Shown here one piece after another: positions 13,470-26,300 of a stretch of DNA of 64,000 nucleotides. Below the pieces are notes generated by a model that was not told where the DNA came from, did not search any database, and was given only the letters and a program-made list of their open reading frames with translations. The DNA comes from Balanoglossus misakiensis (lineage: Eukaryota; Animalia; Hemichordata): the NCBI GenBank assembly GCA_040954595.2, contig CM082586.2, forward strand, positions 10,509,337 through 10,573,336, given 5' to 3'. Within the stretch, counting starts at the first letter, position 1. Each line of letters begins with the position of its first letter. A program made the position numbers and the translations under genes.

Positions 13470-13955
13470 CTGTGCAGCAAGATCTGGAGTTATTAAGACA
13501 AGAGGTCAAGAACTCCCGGCTAGCAGCCTTTCGTCCCGGTACGCTCAGGAACCTGAATATTCAGTTCCGCTCCTATATAAGTTTTGCACTTCACTACGGT
13601 TTGTAAGCGGTGCCTACAACGTCCACGGTTTTGGCGCTTTATGCCCAGTTTCTTAGCAGGTCGTTTAGTAGTCCTGCATCCGTTACCAATTATATTGCGG
13701 GTGTCAAGACACTTCATATACTGACCGGCCACAGCCTGAAACCTTTCGAATGCCTGGGTTTCAAATTGGCGCTCACAGGCATCAGAAAAAGCAGTGTCCA
13801 CACACCTTCTCAGAAGTTGCCTTTGACAGTTCCCATGTTGGAGGAAATTGGCAACTATTATTGATCTTTCCAACAAGTTTCATTTAACAGTTTGGTGCGC
13901 TGTTTTAATTGGCTTCTTTGCCTTTTTGAGGAAATCGAACTTGGTTCCTCCCTAT
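13470..13955 (+). pseudogene. Tyrosine recombinase N-terminal half (truncated)
   Basis: AFRPGTLRNL..., LYAQFLSRSFSSPASVTNYIAGVKTLH, KLPLTVPML, then WCAVLIGFFAFLRKSNLVP (first catalytic Arg). Similarity stops at about 13955. Confidence 0.88.
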
Positions 13956-14095
13956 AAACCAAACAACTTGTTCATATTTACTGTATACTAAGTGTTATTT
14001 TTTCACAATTGGGAACAGGTACATCAAATACAAATAACAATGGTAGAGTCACATTATAATATTGTGAGAAATTACTAGTGTAAAGAAGAGTTATA

Positions 14096-15578
14096 CATGG
14101 CACGGTAGGGGGCTCACTTTTTATGGGAAAGTAACAATTATAAAATCCTTGGTCAATTCACAGTTTACTCATCTTTTCATGTCTCTACCATCTCCTGGTA
14201 ATGACTTCTTTAAAAAGTATGAAACTTCAGTTTTTAGTTTTCAATTTTTTGTGGGGTGGTAAGCGAGACAAGATTAAGAGGAATACCATCTACAATTAAT
14301 ATGTAAATGGGGGTCTCAATTTGACAAATTTGCCTGCCTTTAATTTGACGCTAAAGACAGCCTGGTTTTTGAGGATCATGTGAAACAATAGTTTATTTTG
14401 TAGTAAATGGTATAAATTTGTTCTTTCCAGTTTTGGTGGGCCCCAAGTGTATTATGCCAATTTAAAAAAAGATGATTTTCATATTTTGAACCCCATTAAT
14501 TCTGTTTTCTTAAGACAAATTTATTCAGCATGGCTGCAGTATAATACCACTACAGTATCTGATAAAGACGATGTATGCCAAGAACTAATTTGCAATAATT
14601 CTGAGATACGAATTAGTGATAAGCCAATATTGTGGAATAACTTTTCAAGGAATGGTGTTATTTTTATTAATGATCTTATCGATGCTAATTGTAAGTTTTA
14701 TAATTATGAGCAGTTTACTACAATATATGGTAATATTTGTACACAATTTCAGTTATTATGTGCAATACCACTTGATTGGAAAAATATTGTACATAATTCA
14801 CACTCATCCAAACTACTGGTATGTAAGCCTAATTTTCGAAATCCCAATTGTTTGTCTGGTAAAAAACTCAATAGAGAGATGTACACTTTTGTTCTGAATT
14901 TACAAACACCACAGGAGCTTTCTCCACACATAATACGTTATTGGTACGATGTATTTGATGAAGTATTTTCCTTAAAAACTGTGTTTTCGCTTCCTTTCAA
15001 ATTAACAAATGATATTAAGCTTTGGAATTTTCAGTACAAACTAATAATGAAGATCTTGCCTTCAAACCGCATGCTTTACAAATGGCGAATAATTGACTCC
15101 CCACTTTGTATTTTTTGTAAAGATGTTGTAGAGGATTATTACCATCTTTTTTGGGATTGAATTTATACTAGTCGGTTTTGGATTTCAGTGAAAGAGTGTT
15201 TTTTTACTGTTACACTTAATACACTAAGGTTAAGTGCAATGTACTGTATTCTGGGTAATATAGATGAGGGGGGTAGTCAACTTGCAAATTTCATTCTTTT
15301 GATTGGACGTTCTTATATTTTTAAATGTAAAGTGCCGAATGTTTTGCCAAACATGCTTCAGTTTAAATCATATGTGAAATCTATTTATAAAATAGAAGAT
15401 AATGTAGCCACTACAAATGATAGACAGGGGATACATCTAGAAAAATGGGGAGCTTTTGTCAACTTGTTCGTTTATTAGTGTTCTTTTTGTGGTTTCTTTC
15501 TTTTTCTTGTCTTTGTCGACTTTTTTGTTTTTGTCCTGTATTTTTGAAATGAAAAAAAAAAAAAAAAAAAAAAAAAAA
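14096..15578 (+). mobile_element. 5'-truncated L1/Tx1-clade LINE with poly(A) tail and TSD
   Basis: ORF2 C-terminus WHGRGLTFYGKVTIIKSL, FLWGGKRDKIKR, GGLNL and zinc-knuckle region FQYKL...LCIFCKDVVEDYYHLFWD*; stop at 15478. T-rich 3'UTR, A27 tail at 15552-15578. (AAA)GAAGAGTTATA flanks both ends (14082-14095; 15576-15589). Confidence 0.92.
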
Positions 15579-16207
15579 GAAGAGTTATATGTATTCAGTT
15601 TCATGTCAGTTTCTGACTTATACCAACAACAGTGTTTTCTCACATAAAATTAGGAATGATATGGATGTACTGTAATACTGTCATTGCAACTCGGTGAACA
15701 CGTATTTTCATGCAGTTTTTCCAATCAAAACTGGAAATATAATGTAATGTACAAAACATGCTCTACTAAATAAACCTTATAACTTAAAACTTAAAAATTA
15801 TATCTTGTTTTGAATGAGCATTGTGCTATGTGATTTGTAGTCAGCTTTTGAATAAATTACATGTGATTTTTACATATACAGGAGAAATGAACAATGTCAT
15901 TGTAATTATTTAAGGTATTAACTTCACATCTGATAGACAGGTTGGCAACCTCAGACTAAGTTCTTGGATGACTAAAAACTACAAGCAAATATTCAAACTC
16001 AGTGAATGTTCTCCAGACATGACATCTCAATGAAGCTAAGCTTAAACTACCATACTACACATGACTGAGTGTACTCCTTGCTTGACATGCAAAGTAGCTA
16101 AGTTGTTAAACATCAATTCTACAAAAACCTGACATTTTAACAAACAACAACAACACATACATTTACAACATTGACAATCACTGCATTTCAGTCTGCACTT
16201 CTCCTTG

Positions 16208-16445
16208 TAGTGGGGCAGTTAACCCAAAAATCGTGCAATTTGGGTTAAAAGCATGAAACTTGGTACACTTATGGCGGCCATTTTCTGATATGGATCTAAA
16301 ATGACACAGCCCTCTAGTGACCAGAAACAGATATCAAACTTTAAAATCGTGCACTTTGGGTTAAAAGCATGAAATTTGGTACAATTATTCATTGACCCAT
16401 GGCGGACATTTTCCAATATGGATCCCAAAATAGCGGCCAGAAACT
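16208..16445 (+). mobile_element. Two tandem copies of a DNA-transposon terminus-like motif (tentatively Academ-like)
   Basis: TAGTG...AAAATCGTGCA(A/C)TTTGGGTTAAAAGCATGAAA(C/T)TTGGTACA occurs at about 16208 and about 16315, each followed by ATGGCGG(C/A)CATTTT...TATGGATC. Family tentative. Confidence 0.45.
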
Positions 16446-16550
16446 GACATTCACACTTCTCTCCCATTATTGGCACTTTTTGGTCAATTGTAACACTCAG
16501 AAACAGGAATATGGGTTGTAAAACATACTTGCTTCCATACATTCCTCTGT

Positions 16551-16979
16551 ATATTATCCTAATTGTGATGTACATGTATCAGATCAATCTTGATGACATT
16601 CTCCTTTACAGTAACAAAGAGCACTGCTGTCAGACTAGACCTAAAGCACCTACAGGAACATGTGCATTACTTTTTACAACTGATTTCCTGAGGTTGACTC
16701 TTTTCTTGGGCTTGACTAAGAGTTTTCCAACTTGATTTCCAATGGGATTCTGTTGGTTTGATATAGCTTTGCTAGGTTTCTCATAGCACATGTTCTTTTA
16801 GAGCTGCCTGTGTAGAAGGAATATTCTCAAGAACCCTTGACTTTCTGGAGAAGAGATATTGTCTTACCCTTTGCATGACTTTGAGTATTCAACTGGTTCT
16901 GTTATACCGAAGAACAAATTGTTCAATTAGTAACATACAAGATTGATCTGATACATGTACATCAGGATTAGGAGAATAT
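16551..16979. mobile_element. About 430-bp segment bounded by inverted repeats (MITE-like)
   Basis: Perfect 27-bp inverted repeat TGATGTACATGTATCAGATCAATCTTG (16566-16592) / CAAGATTGATCTGATACATGTACATCA (16938-16964), extendable to about 42 bp with 3 mismatches. No TSD identified. Confidence 0.55.
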
Positions 16980-17389
16980 TCAAAGCGATCTGGAGCAGAT
17001 AAGATAGGATGATTTTCTCCCGGCCTCCAGCATCTGCCAACTCCTGTCTGTCACCTAATAATCTGACAAGTCATAATAAGGAGATTTTTCTTATTTGTGG
17101 TTTAAATAATACTGTACTTTTGGTAGGAGTTTTTGATACAGTGTGATGGAAAAGAGGAATCAGTGTTAATTTCTTTAGATGATTGTTGATTTTGTGACAT
17201 TCAGGTTTTTTTCACTATTAAACATGTCACTTGATATGCTTATTTTTTTCATGAAAAATTTAAAACAAAACTTTAAAATTACATTAGAATTTAATGAATT
17301 TTGAATTATGGTTATCTCTTACATTATTACTACTTTTATAAATATTTACATCATAATGTGTCAATTCTTTTTATCTGAATTAATTAGAC

Positions 17390-20300
17390 TGGAAGCAACC
17401 ACGGAAATTTTAGAACTATCCGTCGATCTACAGAGTATAGTGGAAAACGTTCATATGCGCATAGGCCTATCAATGTGTTCTGCGCATCACAACAGATTTT
17501 TGTAAACAAACGAGGATGTGTTTGGAAGCAACCATGGAAATTTTAGAACTATCCGTCGATCTACGGAGTCTAGTGGAAAACTTTCCAATGCGCATAGGCC
17601 TATCTATGTGTTCTGCGCATCACAACAGAATTTTGTAAACAAACGAGGATGTGTTTGGAAGCAACCATGGAAATTTTAGAACTATCCGTCGATATACAGA
17701 GTCTAGTGGAAAACGTTCATATGCGCATAGGCCTATCTATGTGTTCTGCGCATCACAACAGATTTTTGTAAACAAACGAGGATGTGTTTGGAAGCAACCA
17801 TGGAAATTTTAGAACTATCCGTCGATCTACGGAGTCTAGTGGAAAACTTTCCAATGCGCATAGGCCTATCTATGTGTTCTGCGCATCACAACAGAATTTT
17901 GTAAACAAACGAGGATGTGTTTGGAAGCAACCATGGAAATTTTAGAACTATCCGTCGATATACAGAGTCTAGTGGAAAACGTTCTTATGCGCATAGGCCT
18001 CTCTATGTGTTCTGCGCATCACAACAGAATTTTGTAAACACATGATGCTTTGTTTGGAAGCAACCATGGAAATTTTAGAACTATCCGTCGATCTACGGAG
18101 TCTAGTGGAAAAATTTCTTATGCGCAAAGGCATATGTATGTGTTCTACGCATCACAACATAATTCTGTAAATAAACGAGGCTGTTTGGAAACAACCATGG
18201 ACATTTTACAACTGTCCGTCGATCTACAGAGTCTGGTGGAAAAGTTTCTTATGCGCATAGGCCTATTACGTGTTCTGCGCCTCACAACAGAATTCGGTAA
18301 ATAAACGAGGCTGTTTGGAAGCAACCATGGAAATTTTAGAACTATCCGTCGATCTACGGAGTCTAGTGGAAACATTTCCAATGCGCATAGGCCTATCTAT
18401 GTGTTCTGCGCATCACAACAGAATTTTGTAAACAAACGAGGATGTGTTTGGAAGCAACCATGGAAATTTTAGAACTATCCGTCGATATACAGAGTCTAGT
18501 GGAAAACGTTCTTATGCGCATAGACCTCTCTATGTGTTCTGCGCATCACAACAGAATTTTGTAAACAAACGATGCTTTGTTTGGAAGCAACCATGGAAAT
18601 TTTAGAACTATCCGTCGATCTACGGAGTCTAGTGGAAAAATTTCTTATGCGCATAGGCATATGTATGTGTTCTACGCATCACAACATAATTCGGTAAATA
18701 AACGAGGCTGTTTGGAAACAACCATGGAAATTTTACAACTGTCCGTCGATCTACAGAGTCTGGTGGAAAAGTTTCTTATGCGCATAGGCCTATTACGTGT
18801 TCTGCGCCTCACAACAGAATTCGGTAAATAAACGAGGCTGTTTGGAAGCAACCATGGAAATTTTAGAACTATCCGTCGATCTACAGAGTCTAGTGGAAAA
18901 CGTTCTTATGCGCATAGGCCTATCTATGTATTATGCGCATCACAACAGAATTTTGTAAACAAACGAGGATGTGTTTGGAAGCAACCATGGAAATTTTAGA
19001 ACTATCCGTCGATATACAGAGTCTAGTGGAAAACGTTCTTATGCGCATAGGCCTCTCTATGTGTTCTGCGCATCACAACAGAATTTTGTAAACAAACGAT
19101 GCTTTGTTTGGAAGCAACCATGGAAATTTTAGAACTATCCGTCGATCTACGGAGTCTAGTGGAAAAATTTCTTATGCGCATAGGCATATGTATGTGTTCT
19201 ACGCATCACAACATAATTCTGTAAATAAACGAGGCTGTTTGGAAACAACCATGGACATTTTACAACTGTCCGTCGATCTACAGAGTCTGGTGGAAAAGTT
19301 TCTTATGCGCATAGGCCTATTACGTGTTCTGCGCCTCACAACAGAATTCGGTAAATAAACGAGGCTGTTTGGAAGCAACCATGGAAATTTTAGAACTATC
19401 CGTCGATCTACGGAGTCTAGTGGAAAACTTTCCAATGCGCATAGGCCTATCTATGTGTTCTGCGCATCACAACAGAATTTTGTAAACAAACGAGGATGTG
19501 TTTGGAAGCAACCATGGAAATTTTAGAACTATCCGTCGATCTACGGAGTCTAGTGGAAACATTTCCAATGCGCATAGGCCTATCTATGTGTTCTGCGCAT
19601 CACAACAGAATTTTGTAAACAAACGAGGATGTGTTTGGAAGCAACCATGGAAATTTTAGAACTATCCGTCGATATACAGAGTCTAGTGGAAAACGTTCTT
19701 ATGCGCATAGGCCTCTCTATGTGTTCTGCGCATCACAACAGAATTTTGTAAACAAACGATGCTTTGTTTGGAAGCAACCATGGAAATTTTAGAACTATCC
19801 GTCGATCTACGGAGTCTAGTGGAAAAATTTCTTATGCGCATAGGCATATGTATGTGTTCTACGCATCACAACATAATTCGGTAAATAAACGAGGCTGTTT
19901 GGAAACAACCATGGAAATTTTACAACTGTCCGTCGATCTACAGAGTCTGGTGGAAAAGTTTCTTATGCGCATAGGCCTATTACGTGTTCTGCGCCTCACA
20001 ACAGAATTCGGTAAATAAACGAGGCTGTTTGGAAGCAACCATGGAAATTTTAGAACTATCCGTCGATCTACAGAGTCTAGTGGAAAACGTTCTTATGCGC
20101 ATAGGCCTATCTATGTATTATGCGCATCACAACAGAATTTTGTAAACAAACGAGGATGTGTTTGGAAGCAACCATGGAAATTTTAGAACTATCCGTCGAT
20201 ATACAGAGTCTAGTGGAAAACGTTCTTATGCGCATAGGCCTCTCTATGTGTTCTGCGCATCACAACAGAATTTTGTAAACAAACGATGCTTTGTTTGGAA

Positions 20301-23300
20301 GCAACCATGGAAATTTTAGAACTATCCGTCGATCTACGGAGTCTAGTGGAAAAATTTCTTATGCGCATAGGCATATGTATGTGTTCTACGCAACACAACA
20401 GAATTCGGTAAATAAACGAGGCTGTTTGGAAACAACCATGGAAATTTTACAACTATCCGTCGATCTACAGAGTCTGGTGGAAAACTTTCTGATGCGCATA
20501 GGCCTATTACGTGTTCTGCGCCTCACAACAGAATTCGGTAAATAAACGAGGCTGTTTGGAAGCAACCATGGAAATTTTAGAACTATCCGTCGATCTACAG
20601 AGTCTAGTGGAAAACGTTCTTATGCGCATAGGCCTATCTAAATAAACGAGGCTGTATTTGGAAGCAACAAAGTAAATTTTACAACTATACGTCGATCTAC
20701 GGAGTCTAGTGGAAAAATTTCTTATGCGCATAGGCATATGTATGTGTTCTGCGTCTCACAACAGAATTCGGTAAATAAACGAGGCTGTTTGGAAGCAACC
20801 ATGGAAATTTTAGAACTATCCGTCGATCTACGGAGTATAGTGGAAAACGTTCATATGCACATAGGCCTATCTATGTGTTCTGCGCATCACAACAGATTTT
20901 TGTAAACAAACGAGGATGTGTTTGGAAGCAACCATGGAAATTTTAGAACTATCCGTCCATCTACGGAGTCTAGTGGAAAACTTTCCGATGCGCATAGGCC
21001 TATCTATGTGTTCTGCGCATCACAACAGAATTTTGTAAACAAACGAGGATGTGTTTGGAAGCAACCATGGAAATTTTAGAACTATCCGTCGATCTACAGA
21101 GTCTAGTGGAAAACGTTCTTATGCGCATAGGCCTCTCTATTTGTTCTGCGCATCACAACAGAATTTTGTATACAAACGATGCTTTGTTTGGAAGCAACCA
21201 TGGAAATTTTAGAACTATCCGTCGATCTACGGAGTCTAGTGGAAAAATTTCTTATGCGCATAGGCATATGTATGTGTTCTACGCATCACAACAGAATTCG
21301 GTATATAAACGAGGCTGTTTGGAAACAACCATGGAAATTTTACAACTGTCTGTCGATCTACAGAGTCTGGTGGAAAAGTTTCTTATGCGCATAGGCCTAT
21401 TACGTGTTCTGCGCCTCACAAGAGAATTCGGTAAATAAACGAGGCTGTTTGGAAGCAACCATGGAAATTTTAGAACTATCCGTCGATCTACAGAGTCTAG
21501 TGGAAAACTTTCCGATGCGCATAGGCCTATCTATGTGTTCTGCGCATCACAACAGAATTTTGTAAACAAACGAGGATGTGTTTGGAAGCAACCATGGAAA
21601 TTTTAGAACTATCCGTCGATCTACAGAGTCTAGTGGAAAACGTTCTTATGCGCATAGGCCTCTCTATTTGTTCTGCGCATCACAACAGAATTTTGTATAC
21701 AAACGATGCTTTGTTTGGAAGCAACCATGGAAATTTTAGAACTATCCGTCGATCTACGGAGTCTAGTGGAAAAATTTCTTATGCGCATAGGCATATGTAT
21801 GTGTTCTACGCATCACAACAGAATTCGGTATATAAACGAGGCTGTTTGGAAACAACCATGGAAATTTTACAACTGTCTGTCGATCTACAGAGTCTGGTGG
21901 AAAAGTTTCTTATGCGCATAGGCCTATTACGTGTTCTGCGCCTCACAAGAGAATTCGGTAAATAAACGAGGCTGTTTGGAAGCAACCATGGAAATTTTAG
22001 AACTATCCGTCGATCTACAGAGTCTAGTGGAAAACGTTCTTATGCGCATAGGACTATCTATGTATTATGCGCATCACAACAGAATTTTGTAAACAAACGA
22101 GGATGTGTTTGGAAGCAACCATGGAAATTTTAGAACTATCCGTCGATATACAGAGTCTAGTGGAAAACGTTCATATGCGCATAGGCCTCTCTATATGTTC
22201 TGCGCATCACAACAGAATTTTGTAAACAAACGATGCTTTGTTTGGAAGCAACCATGGAAATTTTAGAACTATCCGTCGATCTACGGAGTCTAGTGGAAAA
22301 ATTTCTTATGCGCATAGGCATATGTATGTGTTCTACGCATCACAACAGAATTCGGTAAATAAACGAGGCTGTTTGGAAACAACCATGGAAATTTTACAAC
22401 TATCCGTCGATCTACAGAGTCTGGTGGAAAAGTCTCTTATGCGCATAGGCCTATTACGTGTTCTGCGCCTCACAACAGAATTCGGTAAATAAACGAGGCT
22501 GTTTGGAAGCAACCATGGAAATTTTAGAACTATCCGTCGATCTACAGAGTATAGTGAAAAACGTTCTTATGCGCATAGGCCTATCTATGTATTATGCGCA
22601 TCACAACAGAAATCGCTAAATAAACGAGGCTGTATTTGGAAGCAACCATGTAAATTTTACAACTATCCGTCGATCTACGGAGTCTAGTGGAAAAATTTCT
22701 TATGCGCATAGGCATATGTATGTGTTCTGCGTCTCACAACAGAATTCTGTAAATAAACGAGGCTGTTTGGAAGCAACCATGGAAATTTTAGAACTATCCG
22801 TCGATCTACAGAGTATAGTGGAAAACGTTCATATGCGCATAGGCCTATCTATGTGTTCTGCGCATCACAACAGAATTTTGTAAACAAACGATGCTTTGTT
22901 TGGAAGCAACCATGGAAATTTTAGAACTATCCGTCGATCTACGGAGTCTAGTGGTAAAATTTCTTATGCGCATAGGCATATGTATGTATTCTACGCATCA
23001 CAACAGAATTCGGTAAATAAACGAGGCTGTTTGGAAGCAACCATGGAAATTTTAGAACTATCCGTCGATCTACAGAGTCTACTGGAAAACGTTCTTATGC
23101 GCATAGGCATATGTATGTATTCTACGCATCACAACAGAATTCGGTAAATAAACGAGGCTGTTTGGAAGCAACCATGGAAATTTTAGAACTATCCGTCGAT
23201 CTACAGAGTCTACTGGAAAACGTTCTTATGCGCATAGGCCTATCTATGTATTATGCGCATCACAACATAATTTTGTAAACAAACGAGGATGTGCTTGGAA

Positions 23301-26300
23301 GCAACCATGGAAATTTTAGAACTATCCGTCGATATACAGAGTCTAGTGGAAAACGTTCATATGCGCATAGGCCTCTCTATGTGTTCTGCGCATCACAACA
23401 GAATTTTGTAAACAAACGATGCTTTGTTTGGAAGCAACCATGGAAATTTTAGAACTATCCATCGATCTACGGAGTCTAGTGGAAAAATTTCTTATGCGCA
23501 TAGGCATATGTATGTGTTCTACGCATCACAACAGAATTCGGTAAATAAACGAGGCTGTTTGGAAACAACCATGGAAATTTTACAACTATCCGTCGATCTA
23601 CAGAGTCTGGTGGAAAAGTCTCTTATGCGCATAGGCCTATTACGTGTTCTGCGCCTCACAACAGAATTCGGTAAATAAAAGAGGCTGTTTGGAAGCAACC
23701 ATGGAAATTTTAGAACTATCCGTCGATCTACAGAGTCTAGTGAAAAACGTTCTTATGCGCATAGGCCTATCTATGTATTATGCGCATCACAACAGAAATC
23801 GCTAAATAAACGAGGCTGTATTTGGAAGCAACCATGTAAATTTTACAACTATCCGTCGATCTACGGAGTCTAGTGGAAAAATTTCTTATGCGCATAGGCA
23901 TATGTATGTGTTCTGCGTCTCACAACAGAATTCTGTAAATAAACGAGGCTGTTTGGAAGCAACCATGGAAATTTTAGAACTATCCGTCGATCTACAGAGT
24001 ATAGTGGAAAACGTTCATATGCGCATAGGCCTATCTATGTGTTCTGCGCATCACAACAGAATTTTGTAAACAAACGATGCTTTGTTTGGAAGCAACCATG
24101 GAAATTTTAGAACTATCCGTCGATCTACGGAGTCTAGTGGTAAAATTTCTTATGCGCATAGGCATATGTATGTATTCTACGCATCACAACAGAATTCGGT
24201 AAATAAACGAGGCTGTTTGGAAGCAACCATGGAAATTTTAGAACTATCCGTCGATCTACAGAGTCTACTGGAAAACGTTCTTATGCGCATAGGCCTATCT
24301 ATGTATTATGCGCATCACAACATAATTTTGTAAACAAACGAGGATGTGTTTGGAAGCAACCATGGAAATTTTAGAACTATCCGTCGATATACAGAGTCTA
24401 GTGGAAAACTTTCTTATGCGCATAGGCCTCTCTATGTGTTCTGCGCATCACAACAGAATTTTGTAAACAAACGATGCTTTGTTTGGAAGCAACCATGGAA
24501 ATTTTAGAACTATCCGTCGATCTACGGAGTCTAGTGGAAAAATTTCTTATGCGCAAAGGCATATGTATGTGTTCTACGCATCACAACAGAATTCGGTAAA
24601 TAAACGAGGCTGTTTGGAAACAACCATGGAAATTTTACAACTATCCGTCGATCTACAGAGTCTGGTGGAAAAGTTTCTTTTGCGCATAGGCCTATTACGT
24701 GTTCTGCGCCTCACAACAGAATTCGGTAAATAAACGAGGCTGTTTGGAAGCAACCATGGAAATTTTAGAACTATCCGTCGATCTACAGAGTATAGTGAAA
24801 AACGTTCTTATGCGCATAGGCCTATCTATGTATTATGCGCATCACAACAGAAATCGCTAAATAAACGAGGCTGTATTTGGAAGCAACCATGTAAATTTTA
24901 CAACTATCCGTCGATCTACGGAGTCTAGTGGAAAAATTTCTTATGCGCATAGGCATATGTATGTGTTCTGCGTCTCACAACAGAATTCTGTAAATAAACG
25001 AGGCTGTTTGGAAGCAACCATGGAAATTTTAGAACTATCCGTCGATCTACAGAGTATAGTGGAAAACGTTCATATGCGCATAGGCCTATCTATGTGTTCT
25101 GCGCATCACAACAGAATTTTGTAAACAAACGATGCTTTGTTTGGAAGCAACCATGGAAATTTTAGAACTATCCGTCGATCTACGGAGTCTAGTGGTAAAA
25201 TTTCTTATGCGCATAGGCATATGTATGTATTCTACGCATCACAACAGAATTCGGTAAATAAACGAGGCTGTTTGGAAGCAACCATGGACATTTTAGAACT
25301 ATCCGTCGATCTACAGAGTCTACTGGAAAACGTTCTTATGCGCATAGGCCTATCTATGTATTATGCGCATCACAACATAATTTTGTAAACAAACGAGGAT
25401 GTGCTTGGAAGCAACCATGGAAATTTTAGAACTATCCGTCGATATACAGAGTCCAGTGGAAAACGTTCTTATGCGCATAGGCCTCTCTATTTGTGCTGCG
25501 CATCACAACAGAATTTTGTATACAAACGATGCTTTGTTTGGAAGCAACCATGGAAATTTTAGAACTATCCGTCGATCTACGGAGTCTAGTGGAAAAATTT
25601 CTTATGCGCATAGGCATATGTATGTGTTCTACGCATCACAACAGAATTCGGTAAATAAACGAGGCTGTTTGGAAACAACCATGGAAATTTTACAACTGTC
25701 TGTCGATCTACCGAGTCTGGTGGAAAAGTTTCTTATGCGCATAGGCCTATTACGTGTTCTGCGCCTCACAAGAGAATTCGGTAAATAAACGAGGCTGTTT
25801 GGAAGCAACCATGGAAATTTTAGAACTATCCGTCGATCTACAGAGTCTAGTGGAAAACGTTCTTATGCGCATAGGCCTATCTATGTATTATGCGCATCAC
25901 AACAGAATTTTGTAAACAAACGAGGATGTGTTTGGAAGCAACCATGGAAATTTTAGAACTATCCGTCGATCTACAGAGTCTAGTGAAAAACGTTCTTATG
26001 CGCATAGGCCTATCTATGTATTATGCGCATCACAACAGAAATCGCTAAATAAACGAGGCTGTATTTGGAAGCAACCATGTAAATTTTACAACTATCCGTC
26101 GATCTACGGAGTCTAGTGGAAAAATTTCTTATGCGCATAGGCATATGTATGTGTTCTGCGTCTCACAACAGAATTCTGTAAATAAACGAGGCTGTTTGGA
26201 AGCAACCATGGAAATTTTAGAACTATCCGTCGATCTACAGAGTCTAGTGGAAAACGTTCTTATGCGCATAGGCCTATCTATGTATTATGCGCATCACAAC

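Larger units (their letters stand above)
10510..13955 (+). mobile_element. Degenerate tyrosine-recombinase retrotransposon (DIRS order, Ngaro-like), 3'-truncated
   Basis: Colinear gag-like, RT, RNase H and YR remnants. No methyltransferase between RNase H and YR, which favours Ngaro over DIRS1. Multiple stops and frameshifts; termini not found. Confidence 0.88.

Noticed and set aside
13300-13470. DIRS1-type methyltransferase domain
   Set aside because: RNase H ends within about 100 bp of the YR start, leaving no room, and no DLFA/PP motifs are present.
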